NCBI GenBank assembly: GCA_951406725.2
Contig: OX597823.1
Span: 2,604,001 to 2,668,000, forward strand
Reading direction: 5' to 3'
DNA: 64,000 nucleotides
Source of the DNA: Octopus vulgaris
Taxonomy: Eukaryota
This document shows, piece after piece, positions 45,215-60,049 of this stretch (its first letter is position 1; every line of letters starts with the position of its first letter). Both the position numbers and the translations under genes were made by a program. The notes under the pieces were generated by a model. That model saw nothing but the letters and a program-made list of their open reading frames with translations, did no database searches and had not been told where the DNA came from.

Positions 45215-46495
45215 TATTGGATTGGCAACTAAGTTCTCACAGTTTTTTAAAAATTTGGAATTTATTGCGTTTTTAAATTTTGGAATCTATTTTTTTGAGA
45301 ATTCAATTTTTGAATCTTTTTGGAAACTATTAATTTTTGTTTATTTTTGTTTATTTTCAGATCATTTAAATGGAATGCCAAGTTAAGAAAAACGAGCATT
45401 TTCGACACCTTTTTGCTTTCAATCAAAGTTCTAAGGCCACAAAAGCTGCTCGCAACATTTTTGCTGTGTATGGAGAGGGTGCCATAGCTGAAAGAACCGC
45501 TCGTGATTAGTATGCCAAGTACAAAATTGGTAATTTTAACTTCAAAGTCGCACCTCGTTCTGGCCGTCCAGTTGAGTTCGATGAAGATCGATTAAACCAA
45601 CTTTTGCACGAAAATTCTCGTCAAACGACAAGGGAACTGGCAGAGAAAATGGAATGCTCCCACACTGCTATAAAGAAGCATCTTCATTCGATGAGAAAGG
45701 TTCAGAAGTATGGAGCATGGGTTCCGCATGCTTTAAGTGACAACAACAAAAGTCAAGGGGCCACAATCTCCGCTGGTTTGCTTGCTCGTCACCGCTCAAC
45801 TCATGGACACAAGCAACGATTTCTTTATTGAATCGTTACTGGCGCGACGAAAAATGGAGCCTGTACATCAATATGAAGCAGCATAAGGAATGGCTTAGCC
45901 TCAGTAAACAAGCGACACCGTGCGTAAAACAAGATCTTCATCCATGTAATACGATGTTGTACATATGGTGGGACTGGGAAGGGATTATCCATTACGAATT
46001 GCTTGAACGGAACCAAACGGTCAACGTGGAACTCTATGTTCAACAGATGGAACGAATCAACATGGCTATTCAAGAGAAAAGACCTAATCGTCAGTATGGA
46101 GTTCTTCTGTGGCATGACAATGCCTGCCCTCATATCACCAATATGACCAAGAAAACCATTCAAACGCATGGCTGGGAAGTGCTGCCACACCTGCCGTACT
46201 CTTCTGATTTGACACCAACGAATTTCCATTTCTTTCGACCTCTTTGAAATGCTATGCGCGGAGTTTCGTTCAATACTGATGCGGAATTGAGAGCTTGGTT
46301 GGATTAATTTTTCGAGTCGAAATCGGGTTATTTCTACCAACGAGGTATTGAAAATCTTGTTGAACGTTGGGAAGAAGTTGTAAACAACAAGGGAGAATAC
46401 ATTATTGATTAATTAGTTGTTATTTTTTATTAAAACTTTTTAAAAATCTAAATTACAAAAAAAAAAACGGTGGTAACTTAGTTGCCAACCCAATA
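45215..46495 (+). mobile_element. Full-length mariner transposon with disrupted transposase (45370-46412)
   Basis: TIRs TATTGG(A/G)TTGGCAACTAAGTT, TA TSDs, WVPHAL, HDNA and YSSDLTP motifs. Confidence 0.95.
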
Positions 46496-47247
46496 TATAT
46501 TAAGCACTGTTCCCGTTAAGTTATCAAATATTCATTTATTTCATGTATAACAGAAATAAGATGAACTTAGTGTTATCGCATTAGAATTAAATGTGAAAGA
46601 ATAGAAGTGAAACAATATTATATCACATCACAATATAGATCTCATTCTTTCACTTTTGACACGGAATACAAAACCAGTGCCAATGTTATATTGTTCTAAT
46701 CCAAATGAAAAAAAAATTACATGTTGACACTCAAGTATCCTAAATGTTGGAATCAGCACCGGTAGGGCAAATGCATTGTGGGATATTGTCTTGTAAGAGG
46801 AGAGAGTTCGGACTAATATTTTTCTTAGTCTGGTGTAATAGTCTAGGGTCACTCTATCTTTATCCACAGTACCTTGGTATGATATATGTTCATCATTGCC
46901 AAGGTACCTGTAGCATTCTTTGTATGTTACAGGTGAGATAGTGAAACCATTGATTCACAGGTTTTGTGTCTGGGAGACTGATTTTCCCCTTTTTAAAATT
47001 AGATTGTTTATATAATTAATAATTTTATCTTAACAAAGTTTTACTACAAACACACACACACATGCATATGTTTATAATTATATCATTAAAATGCTTATTT
47101 AATAATATTTTACATACACACATATGTACTAAAGAAAAGACGGATATGTATGTAGTTAAATATCATGACTGATAAGCAGGCAGATACATAAACAGACAGA
47201 CGGATGGACAGACAGACAGGCAAGCAGACAGAGACAGACAGGCAGGC

Positions 47248-47295
<48 letters not shown>

Positions 47296-47355
47296 CGACC
47301 GACCGACCGACCGACCGACCGACCGACCGACCGAGAGACAGACAGACAGACAGAC

Positions 47356-47420
<65 letters not shown>

Positions 47421-47713
47421 CAAACATAAACAGTAAATATGCAAGTAGATAGTTATGAAAAGCGGGAAAATATTCCATTTAATTCCTATATGCAATCTTA
47501 TGGAAAAACGTCCATACCTGGTAGAAGAGTGTGGATGAAACAAATAAATCTTGATTCTTGTATGTTCCACAAAAAAAATTCTTAGCCTACGATGTCGATT
47601 GGATGTTTCTTTTAGAAGTTATGAATTGCTGAAACAGAAAAGAAAAAAATTAAATATGAGGAAAATTATATACATACATACATACATACATACATACATA
47701 CATACATACTAAT

Positions 47714-47796
<83 letters not shown>

Positions 47797-47797
<1 letters not shown>

Positions 47798-50759
47798 GAT
47801 AGTAAAACACGAAGACGAACGTAACATTTCCAATAAAAACTATGTAAACAAAAAACAACAAACCCAGACCGTAAGGATGCATAATAATGCACGACAAGCA
47901 GCAAGCCAAAATACGACAGGCAGACATACGAACGCGAAATAAAGCAACACAACTCTAAAACCTGGAAACAAGGAAGGGGAGCCTAAAGATTATGATACTA
48001 TAAAAAGTAGAATAATCAAAGAACTGAAAAACTCAGATCTCAAAATGGACCACCGACCATACCTCCCAAAAATCAAAATAGACAAAAAAACAACATCAAT
48101 TATAAATAGCATAAACCTAGCCGTCACAGAACTAATAGCCACTAAAACAAATAGCGATATCACTTAGCTAAATGACATAATATATGCAGCAGCCACTGCA
48201 GCCACAATAGAAGCTGGATACTCCCTCAAACCCATCCAAACAGGAGTACCACCAAACAAACCCTGTAGATAAATAACATCTCCAAAAAATACAAAAAATG
48301 AGAAAAGATCTGTCGATTCTTAATGAAATCAGTAGACAATCAACGCTACTAAGAAACAAAAAGAAAACAAAAGTACTGTGCAAATACAACATCACAGAAA
48401 AAGATTTACCTGAGATAAAAGAAAAGCTAAAGCAAGATATCCTTGCCAAAACACAAAGGATCCGCCGGTATGAGAAACGTCAACGTTTCTTTGAACAAAA
48501 CAAACAGTTCAACTCCAACCCCCAAAAGTTCTACCAAAATCTTGGCAAAAAATCAAAATGAACATCACTGTAGCACCTACGGCAGGAGAAGTGGAAGAAT
48601 TCTGGTGAGAAATATGGTCGGCGAAAGAACAACCAAAAAAAAGGAGTATCAAAATAACAAACTCGGCATCTGAACAACTTTGGACCCCCATAACTGAAGA
48701 GGTCACCCAGGCACTGCAAAGACTAAGCAACTGGAAGGCACCTGGGCATGACAAGATCCCCAACTTCTGGTTGAAATATCTAACAGGAATGCACAAAATG
48801 CTGGCTGAAAACTTTAACAACATACTAGCAGAGCCAGAGACAATGCCTGAATGGCTCACGAAGGGGAAACCATCTTAATTCCCAAATCAAATGAGACAGC
48901 AAAACCAGAAAACTACAGACCAATAACCTTCCTCCCTACAATGTTCAAGGCATTTACTGCAGTGATATCGCAAAGGTTGAACAAGCACCTGGACGAAAAC
49001 AACCTGTTTCCAGAAGAGCAGAAAGGATCCCGCAAAGGCTCATATGGCAGTAAAGATCAACTATTGATTAATAAAGCAATAACTGAAGACAGCCACAGAA
49101 AGAAGAAAGGCCGCAGTATGGCCTGGATCGACTACAGAAAGGCGTTTGATAGCATCCCCCACACATGGATCCTCGAAACACTAGCCATTAACAAAGTAGC
49201 ACCAACAATCATAAAATTCATAGAGCACTCTATGAATAAATGGCAAACAGTGCTACACCTCCACACAAAAGAGGGACTCATGAAAACCAAAGACATCCCC
49301 GTTAGAAGAGGAATAGCCAGGGAGACAGGCTCTCTCCACTCCTTTTCTGCTTGGCACTGTCACCTCTATCTGATATGCTAGATAGAACTGGATGCAGATA
49401 TAAATGTTACGGCAAAACGATCAGCCACCTTTTATATATGGATGACCTAAAACTGTACGCTGCAAATGACAAACAGCTAGAAACACAATTAAAGACAGTT
49501 CATGGAATCACCAAAGAAATAGATATGAAATTTGGAATAGAAAAATGCGCCAAATTAACCCTGGAGAGAGGAAAACTAGTTAAGAGTAGCAACATCACAC
49601 TAGATAAATCCAATGAAATAAGAGAATTAGACCAAAGCCAAACTTACAAATATTTAGGAATCCATGAACTAGATAAGACACAACACACATAAATGAAAGA
49701 GAAAATAAATAAAGAATATTATAGACGAGTTAGATCAATACTTAAAACAGAGCTCAATGCAAAACAAAAAACTGTTCTCAGTATTTAAGGAAGCTGACAA
49801 ATACAAACAAGAAATCATACCACCTACTAAATATGAAGAAGAAGAAGAAGATGAAGAAACAACAAAAGCTATAAAACAAATGAAATCCAAACTAAAACTA
49901 GAATAGCAACGGACCATGATAAAACGATGGCAAGAAAAACTAAATGCAAATGAAATAGATAAAGAAAAATCCCAGGATTGGTTGAGAAGCTCAGGACTCA
50001 AAGCAGAGACGGAAGGATTTTTAATTGCAGCACAAGACCAAAGCCTCCCCACCAGAAATTACCAAAAACATGTAATGAAAAGAAATATAACAAGTAACTG
50101 CAGAATATGTGGAGATGGACAAGAAACAATAAATCATATTATCTCTGGCTGCCCAGTCCTGGCTAGGAAGGAATATATTCACAGACACGACAGAGTTGGG
50201 ACCTACATACACAGGAAGCTATGCCAACACTATGGAATAACAACAGAAAAAGATGGTGTAGGCACACACCAGAAAAAGTTACAGAAAACGAGAAAACAAC
50301 AATACTCTGGGATATGCCAATACACACAGATAAAGAAATTAAGGCCAACAGACCAGATATAGTTGTCAGAGATCATGAAGAAAAAATGCTTTCTAATTGA
50401 TGTATCAATACCGGCAGATGACGACGTGTCTCTAAAAGAAATGGAGAAACATTCTAATTACAAAGACCCAGAAATAGAGGTAACATGAATGTGGAATCTA
50501 AAAACAGAAACAATTCCTATCATAGTAGGCGAATTAGGCATGATTAAAAAGTATTCATACAAATACATAACAAAAACACCAGGACTAGCAAATATATATA
50601 ACATACAGAAAATTGCACTACTGGGCACTGCACACATCCTACGCAAAACACTTTCAATACAATGAGAATAAGAGCACCAGAGCAAACCACAGCACATACC
50701 CAAGGCACACAGAGCTGCGCTCGGTAGTGAAGTGAAAGCATGCTGTAAAAATAAAACTA

Positions 50760-50762
<3 letters not shown>
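47797..50762 (+). mobile_element. 5'-truncated R4/Dong-like LINE (RT plus restriction-like endonuclease) embedded in (AAT)n
   Basis: NYRPIT, WIDYRKAFDSIPH, YMDDLKL, CCHC knuckle and RPD; (AAT)n on both flanks. Confidence 0.95.
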
Positions 50763-50831
<69 letters not shown>

Positions 50832-51459
50832 TAATAATGATAAATACAAAATTTACCAAATTTATGAAAGGAGATAAATTCTACCACATATCTTGAAGTA
50901 AATTACGTAATAGCTTCTGGGTAAACAGCATTCATTGTTTTCTGGTTTGGAGCAGAGATAAATAAGTTTTGCAAATTACCAACCCAGGCGCATGTACATA
51001 GCCACCCAAACCCATACCCATAGACACACTCAAATACTCACACGCACACACACATACGTACGCACACACACATATATACGCACACACACATATATACGCA
51101 CACACACAACACACAAATATGCACACACTCGCACTCGCATACATATATACACACACACGTACATACATACATACAGACAGACATATATACATACGTGTGT
51201 ATGCACATGCACACTGACGCACGCACATGCGCACAACCAAACAAACAAAAAGAACGCAGCTTCAATAACGGACAGAGTCAACAACTATTGGGGAGGTTAC
51301 AAGAAGCAGCGAAAATTTTAGATGGAAAATAATAAATGAGTGGAAATGGAACCGGTGAGTGTGTCGAGGAATAAGACACAAGACATTAAAGCAGAATTAC
51401 TCTGCCCAGTTACAACACTACACACACAGATACACACACACACACACACACACAAACAC

Positions 51460-51490
<31 letters not shown>

Positions 51491-51599
51491 TGTATGTATA
51501 TACACAAAGGGATTTGTATGATTGTGTATAGAAGAATATATTACTCAAAGGAATTCCAACTCTGTTTTTCACGTTTTATTTATATTCTTATATAGGATA

Positions 51600-52951
51600 C
51601 TAGCAGAATTGCTCGGCAATGCTCGGGGCTGAATTGCTTGAAAGTACTGTTAATGATTGCACTGAATTATGATGACTATTCAGGCAAATATTGATATAAG
51701 TTTACGGTGGGAGATAAGGACTTAACGATCAAACGTGTGCCATTGCATTGTTTTGGGGGAACCAAATTTCTAATGAGCATTATAGGGGCACCAACTTTAA
51801 GTTTGAGAATGTGTGGTGGTAGTCTGGGGGGGCTCAAAGGAATTGAGTACCTCTATAGGATAGTTGATGACATCCTCTGGGTCAGGAGTTGTATCGATAG
51901 ACTTATATACATAGACATGCCCAGGAATGAATTTTAGCATTTCATCATTTATATGGTGAACAGCTTTATTCCTCGGGGCCAGAATAGCCCTTTGGCCAAT
52001 CCAATCCATATTATGATAATTAGCTTGTAGATCTGGGAACACTGTATCTCTGAGATCAGAAGGCGTTTTAACAATGGTACAAATGGAATCGATGGCAATA
52101 TTACCATTTTCATCCCCTGGTATTTTGCCTTCGCCAAGTGCAAGGAGGGTGTGAGAAAATGCTGCTGATGTGATATCATGTCGCATATGAGCATGCATAT
52201 TAGTGTGAAGTTTGAGAGTCTTCACCAGTGGCCACAATGTGGATGACTTAAGACACGCACTTACTGCATCAACTCTAGTCCCTTTGGGAATAACGGGAAA
52301 TGTTTGTCGGAAGTCCCCTGAAAGAAGAAGTGTTATGCCTGACATGGGAGCTGAAGAGTGTTTGATGTCTCAGAGAGATCTATCTAGTGCCTCAAGAGCA
52401 CGTCTGTGGGCCATCGTGCATTTATCCCAAACGATAAGCTTGCATCGTCTGGAGACTTCTGCCTGATCGGAGCTGTTACTGATGTTGCAAGCTGGTGTCT
52501 CTGTCTTCGCTAAGTCAAGCGGGAACTTGAAAGTGGAATGAGCTGTCCTGCCGCCTGGCAACAAAGAAGCCGCAATTCCAGATGATGCCACAGCTAGGGC
52601 AATGCCTTGTGTTCGCCTAATCTCAGCCAATATTAATTTGTTGACAAAAGTTTTCCCAGTGCCCCCAGGAGCGTCCAGGAAAAAAAATCCCCCCAGCTTT
52701 GGACCGGACTGAATTAACAACGGAGTTGTAAGCGAACTTTTGTTCTGGAAGGAGCTTTGGCTCATTGTCGGCCACGTACTCGACAAGCTCGTCAACATTA
52801 AAATATGTCTCACGCAGCAAATGTGAAGACAGAGTGTTTGTGCGTTCCCGGTTTGTTGAAGGTAGGCCATAGACCGGCAAGGCACTACCGCCCATATCAA
52901 GTACAGTATTTTCGAACGTAGTTTGTTACCACACAGCCACACCTACCCCTA

Positions 52952-52993
<42 letters not shown>

Positions 52994-53749
52994 GTAATGT
53001 GAATGAAATGTGAAAAAATGTTAACCGTGGAAGGAAAAGAAAGAAATATTAGCAGCTGAAAGAAATTTTTATGCGAGTATAGCGACAGAGTGTGTAAAAT
53101 GTATTGAAATTTGAGTTAAAAGCAAGAAAATAAAGTTAGATTTGCAAGAATGGAAGTAGTTTACGTACATGTTCGAAATGTGAAGTGTTTTAGTTGTTTA
53201 ATCAAATATTTGCGTAAAGTGTATAGAAAGGTAAATTGAAAAAGAAAATGAATTGAAATTTTTAAGAAAGGAATTTGTTTACATACATGTGTCAAATGGC
53301 AAATGTTTGTGCAGTTGTCCGAAATGGAACCAGGGTAAATGTGTGGAACTGATGTATTATAATGAACAGTCCTTCTTGTTCAAGGTACATTTGTGGTGTG
53401 TGTTAAGTACTGTATATATAATGTGTTGCAGCTATAAACTTTACATGCCACGTGATTACAATAGTGAAACAGTAATAATAATAACAACAAACCTTTTTAA
53501 TTTATCCCCATTTATGTGAAACCACTTATTCAAGTTCAAGTCATTGATGCAATTTCATACGAATTGCTAATACACACACACATAATAAGTTTGAAAAATT
53601 GAATATTAATTTGATTAATATGAACTGAAAACCAGTGTTGTAGCATATAAGTCCATAGGGGATCTTTTTCTAGCAAAAAGGATGGCCAGTCTGAATGGGT
53701 CATCCCTGTCACACACACACACACGCACACACACACACACACACACACG

Positions 53750-53788
<39 letters not shown>

Positions 53789-54490
53789 ACAAACACACAC
53801 ACACACGTTAGCTTACAATTTTATTTCAACAATTGACACTGACATTTTTGTATATATTTGCGTGTCAATGTGTGTAAAGAGGAAGTGGGAGTAATAGGCA
53901 GAGTAAAGGCTTTGAAGTGAAAGAGTGAAATGTTAAAATATTGATTTTTCTCGAATTTTTTCTTAATTGGGGTGAAAGTGAAAGAAATTTGTATGCCATG
54001 ACCGAATGGAATTACTTGGAAAAATCATAGGTGAAGTCTAATTGAAGAAATTGTGTGAGGAGTAAATCGTTATGTATTTATTTGTTTCTGTTTGCTGTGT
54101 ATTTATTTTTGAGTTGTGGTTTAAGGTACACTTGCAAAGAGAAAGTAGGAGAAATTATGGTGATAGCATGAGTGAAGCAGTTCATCCCTGTTATATGAAG
54201 ACTTTCACTTTAATTGTTGCAGACTTGCAAAGAGAAAGTAGCAGAAAGTGTGGTGGTAATGGTAGGAGTGAAGCAGTTTAAATGAAAGAGGGAAATCTAA
54301 AAATATTGAGTTTTCTCGAATTTTTGCTTAATTGGGGGTAAAATTTGAAAAACTGTACATGCCACGACCCGATGGATTCTACTCGTAAAAATGATAGGTA
54401 AATTCTAATTGAAGAAATTCTATATTGTAGAATTGTATAAAAAACAAACGGTTTGGGAGGCAGATAAAATCTGCATTTTATAATAAGAGA
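51600..54490 (-). mobile_element. Internally deleted Helitron with PIF1-like helicase fragment
   Basis: 5' A|TC at 54490; 3' imperfect hairpin then CTAG|T at 51600. LDAPGGTGKT, GRTAHS and GDFRQ motifs. Confidence 0.92.
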
Positions 54491-54992
54491 TAAAATAATA
54501 TAGTAAAAATAAATGAAATGAAGTATTGTCTGTTCTTATTGAACAAATGAAATATTAAATATTAAATATATGTTGTGACTGGGGAGGGTCATATTGTCCA
54601 TGCCTTAATATCCATCACACTCACCGGTTTCATTTCTGATCATTCATTATCGATATTTCTTCTTCCAAAATTCTCGTTGCTTTTGCAAGCTTGTCGATGG
54701 ATATTGACTCTGTCCGTTATTGGAGATGCGTTCTTCGTTGCCTGTTTGTGAGCATATGTGTGCGTCAGTGTACATGTGTGCAAATGTGCTTGTGTATGCA
54801 CATGCATGCAATTATGCATATATGTATGAAAGTATGTATGCATGTATGTATACATATATACATGTATACACATATACATAGACATTTGCGGTGTGTTTGT
54901 GTGTTCTTGCTTGTCCGTATTACCTATGTACCTATCTATTTCTACTTAACTATGTATCTATCTGTTTATTTACATATCCATTTATCTACCTA

Positions 54993-55045
<53 letters not shown>

Positions 55046-55386
55046 AACAAAGTGGAGTTGTAAGGTATATATATATATATATATATATATACGCACGTAT
55101 AATGGTATTTTCTATATAAGCTTAAAGTTTATGACGATCACTGTGCAATGACTAAGGAAGATATTCTAATAAAGGGGCATATATACCCTCGACAGAAAAA
55201 AAGGGGAGCTTGTCTATCCGCGTAGGAGTCGAACCTATATCCCTTTGTTAACGCGACAAAGTGTGTTACCTTTGCACAAGTGAATCAGCCTCCCCATTTA
55301 AGTCAATTTTACCATTATTATTATTTACAGGATTGTAAAAACGGCGTCGTATAAAAGAACATTCGCACCGAAGGCATATACATATA

Positions 55387-55818
55387 TATTAAGTTGGAAA
55401 CTAAGTTCCCGCCGTTTATTCAAATTTTGGAATCTATTTTTTTTTTCGTGAATTCTATTTTTAAATCATTTTGGAATCTATTTTGTTTGTTTGTTTTTCT
55501 AGTTAATTTTAGTTACTTTTTGTTTATTTTCAGATCATTAAAATGGAATGTCAAGTTAAGAAAAACGACCATTTTCGACACCTCCTTCTTTTTGCATTTA
55601 ATCAAGATTCTAAGGCTTCAAAAGCTGCTCGCGACATTTATGCTGTGTATGGAGAGGGTGCCATCGCCGAAAGCACCGCTCGTGATTGGTATGCCAAGTT
55701 CAAAAATATAAATTTTAACCTCAAAGACGCACCTCATTCTGGCCGTCCAGTTGAGTTCGATGAAGAGCGATTAAAGCAACATTTGCACGAAAATTCTCGT
55801 CAAACGACAAGGGAACTC
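55387..55818 (+). mobile_element. 5' fragment of the same mariner family as 45215-46495
   Basis: MECQVKKNDHFRHLL...RPVEFDE; left TIR present. Confidence 0.9.
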
Positions 55819-55949
55819 CAGCGCTTTGTTTCTTCCCTGCCAAGGGGATGGTGAGTGCTCTTCCCCTCTGTGACCTGGTGGGGCAGAATCTACTAAGGTC
55901 ATGGTTGTCTAGATAGTTACAGTCATAGCTTAATTTAAGGAGGAGGCGC

Positions 55950-56700
55950 AGTTCCCTCTTGTTGACTTCACGGAACTCTACTTAACTCTCACAGATAGTC
56001 TCAATGCGTTTCTCCACAGCAAAATCTATGTCTATAGATGGGTAGAGTGAAATTACATCCACACTACCCACTACACAACCTGTCGTTGGAGTGGTTGCAA
56101 CTACTGATTCTATTGAGGAGATCCTCCGGGCTCATACAGGCATCTAGGAACATTTCAGTGAGTGGTCGTAACATCTGTGAGAGGAAGTAAGATAGCCTAT
56201 AATTGCTAGAGATATTCGCTCCGCAAACTGGCTGGGTTGGCGGCCCCAAAATAGGGTTTAGGTAGGGTTTATGGTCTATTCATAACCCGACATCGTTATT
56301 GAATGCTTGGAAATTTTGTGCAGTCTTTTTCCAGGGTGAAAGTGTGTTGCACCACATTCCCATGTGTGCATTGAGGAGTTTTTCCACTCTTTCATGTTCC
56401 TGTGGTGCAACTTCTCTCATGCTATTGATGAGTTGTTGCATGGTTTGGACATAGTTCTGTGAGATGTCTATTGACAGTCTGCCAGGCTTGTCCGTAGGGA
56501 GGCACACTAATTCCCTGTTCATAATTCGCTGTTTCAGCTTTTGTAGGCCTTTGGCGATGAATGAACTGAGTTGGTGGGCCACACCCTCATTATGCTTTTT
56601 AGTGGTTTTATTGTATCGGTCCAAGATGAATCGGAGTCTATTTCTAGCTAAAGAAATGTTTGCCTCTGTCTCGCTGTCATTCAACCCTTGTGTTGAAGGG
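55950..56700 (-). mobile_element. Penelope-like RT fragment
   Basis: LPTDKPGR, PVCGA and SVDVISLYPSID motifs. Confidence 0.7.
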
Positions 56701-56940
56701 TAAATCTGTGGGGTAGATCCTCGTCGTGTCGTACGATTTGGCGTTGGAGTTACAGAAGGCAGAGTCTAGGGTGCTACCGCTATCACTACTGTTGCAGCAG
56801 TTATTATTGTTGTTGCTGGTGTTGTGTTCATTGTCGATGTTGTTATTGATGTTGTTGTTGAGGTTGTTGTTGCTAGTGATGTTCATAGTGACAGGCACAT
56901 AGACTGATAGATAGAGATTAGATGTGTGTATGTGTGTGTG

Positions 56941-57004
<64 letters not shown>

Positions 57005-57570
57005 TACGCATATACGTATTATATATATATATATACCTACAAACACACATACGTATAAGTACATATATACAAACAAACACAAATATATACGCACATACGT
57101 ATGTACGTAATATATACATACATAAATACATACATGCATGCATACATACATCGTAAATGCATGCAGGTATACATACACAAATGGGGGCTTGGGATATGTA
57201 ACACACTGCCTAAATACCGATCTTGAGAAATTAGGCTTCTCAAAACCATAAGACTAAAGTTCCAATCCATCACTGGAATTGTAAAAATCTGTAAAACATT
57301 CCAGAAGTTTATCATTTAAATATATATGAGCATGTTTATGTATGCAACTATATGCATGAGAATACACAGATAAAGCAAAACATAAAAATCTGCACATATA
57401 CATACATACAAACAAAAATACCCCGTTAATGATGTTCAAATTCCAATGAAGGAGGCTTGAATCTAGGTCAGAAACCAGCTCTTTCTCTATTGGCAAGAAA
57501 TATTGAAATAAAACTGAACACTGGCATACATACATACATACATACATACATACATACATACATACATACA

Positions 57571-57601
<31 letters not shown>

Positions 57602-58788
57602 GCTCTGGTGTTGAAATCAGCTGCCCTCTGGACACCAATGTGCTCAGAAAAAACATAAGAGAAAGAGGATATTTATGGACAATAGTTACGCAGGTTACAA
57701 ATCCAGTACCCAAGATACACTTTCAGTTTCATACGTATTATTGTTCGAACAACAGGATTCATACTATCTCCTCTTAGCTTGGGTTCTTAAAGAGAGAACG
57801 CAAATTCTTAATTCATACTCTATAAATAATCTTCATATCCGGGGCTTAAAAATTCTGCAAGACCTTAGCAATTAAAGTATGATGGTTAAAACCAGATACA
57901 TTCCTTCACAAACTTGCTTCTTTTATAGCTGGTTTGGTTACTGCTTGTAGCCGCGTTTCCTTATCCTTTGTGTAACGCTACATGTATATGTTTCCTATTT
58001 GGAATTAGATAATAAATATATTTTACTTTTGAAGTAGGAATATATATTGATAAACACGTCACTTATAGCTTACTTATAAGTGTTATCCTTATAGATAAAT
58101 CCTGACTCCAGCTACATAAACACCATAGCGAGAAATATATACTCTGAAACGCTAACGAACATTTTATGCGTGCATGTATGTTGAAGATAAACAAATTGGT
58201 GTTCTTTTAACTGCTATAAAAAAACAGTTTTACAATTGCAGAAACAAATTTCATTAACTAGTTGAAGAACGTGAAGAAAGAGAAAATAATTACTACATTA
58301 TTTAATTAATGTACTTTTAGCATTTATAGTACAATTGGAAAGTAAAGTCATTTTGTCGCAAAGAATTACGACTTAAAATTCACACTAGCTAATCCTTCAT
58401 ACTAACTGCTAGAGTTTACAACAATTAACATAAGTCTTGTTGGATCTTTATCATAGACATGGCATAAAGAATAGCCAATATCTCAAGGAGTGAGTGTCGT
58501 GGAGTTTAGCAATATTCCTACGAACACTGAGTAATCTCCCAAAAATCAGGGTTTTTATAACTGCTCATATCCGAATTCTAAGATCCGAACCGGTATTTCG
58601 TGAAAGATTTCTTTGACGAAAGTTTAGAATTCGTATATGGGAAATAATTTTAACCAATGGGATTACCAACAATTAGGCTTGTTCGGGCAAACGACCATCA
58701 CATCATATTGCCGCCTTTTATAACTTGCTACACGACTAAGGAGGTGGTCGGTCAAAGTTTACTTTGAATTAAAAGTGAAAAAGAAATC

Positions 58789-59460
58789 ATACACACACAC
58801 ACACATACACACATACACACATACATACATGCATACATGCATACATGCATACATACATACATACATACATGCATACATGCATACATACATACATACATAC
58901 ATACACACATACGTACATACATGCATACACACATACATACATACATACATACATACATACATACATACACACACACATACATACATGCACACATACATAC
59001 ATACATACACACACATACATACATACATACACACATACATACATACATACATACATACACACACGCATACATACATGCACACATACATACATACATACAT
59101 ACACACACATATACATACATACATACACACATACATACATACATACATGCATACATACACACATACATACATGAATACATACATACATACATATATACAT
59201 ACATACATGCATACATACACACATACATACATACATACATACATACATACATACATTCATACATACACACATACATACATACACACATGCACACATACAT
59301 ACATACATACATACATACACACATACATACATACATCCATACATACACACACACATACATACATACATACATACACACATACATACATACTTACATACAT
59401 GCATACATACACCAATACATACATGCATACATACATATATACATACATACATACATACAT

Positions 59461-59503
<43 letters not shown>

Positions 59504-59517
59504 TACATACATACATA
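58789..59517. repeat. About 730-bp compound (CATA/CACA)n-(CAGA)n microsatellite
   Basis: Direct inspection. Many shorter (TA)n, (CA)n, (TATC)n and (AAT)n tracts occur throughout the window. Confidence 0.98.
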
Positions 59518-59774
59518 ATCTCGGCTCTTTAGGGAAAGCTGTAAATATCTAGGTTATACTTTCCACACAAGGAAGTATTGATGCCATGTGAGGCTCGTAT
59601 TGTGACACCGAAGCATCAGTTACAGTAGATGAAAGTGATCCGTGACCATAAGATTTGAGACCATGAAATCAATAACATGATTAGAATTGCTAATGAACTT
59701 GAGGAGAGCTATGAATTAAGGACATTAGTAAAATCTATTTATCAGAAAAGCAAAATGAAAGAATGGACATATTC

Positions 59775-59990
59775 GTTTTTACTCTAGGCACAAGGCCCGA
59801 AATTTTGAGGGAGGGAGGCCAATCGATTAGACCGACCCCACTACGCAACTGGTACTTAATTTATCGACCCCGAAAGGATGAAAGGCAAAGTCGACCTCGG
59901 CGGAATTTGAACTCAGAACGTAAAGACAGGCGACATACCGCTAAGCATTTCGCCCGGCGTGCTAACGTTCCTGCCAGCTCGCCGCCTTAA
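59775..59990 (-). mobile_element. SINE family A
   Basis: Homologous to 19046-19280; AAGAATGGA(C/T)ATATT flanks both sides. Confidence 0.88.
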
Positions 59991-60049
59991 GAATGGATAT
60001 ATTTACTGAGAAGGTTGTACATTTGTATTTGGCACGTAAAACACAAACC

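Noticed and set aside
55210-55295. tRNA-like sequence with GGTTCGACTCC
   Set aside because: Cloverleaf and A-box are degenerate; probably a SINE remnant rather than a tRNA gene.
58752-59532. Long MYVC/HTYI ORFs, and similar poly-I/L/N/Y or LSIY ORFs elsewhere (e.g. 7112-8077, 4885-5414, 35702-36145)
   Set aside because: Translations of microsatellites with no coding signal.
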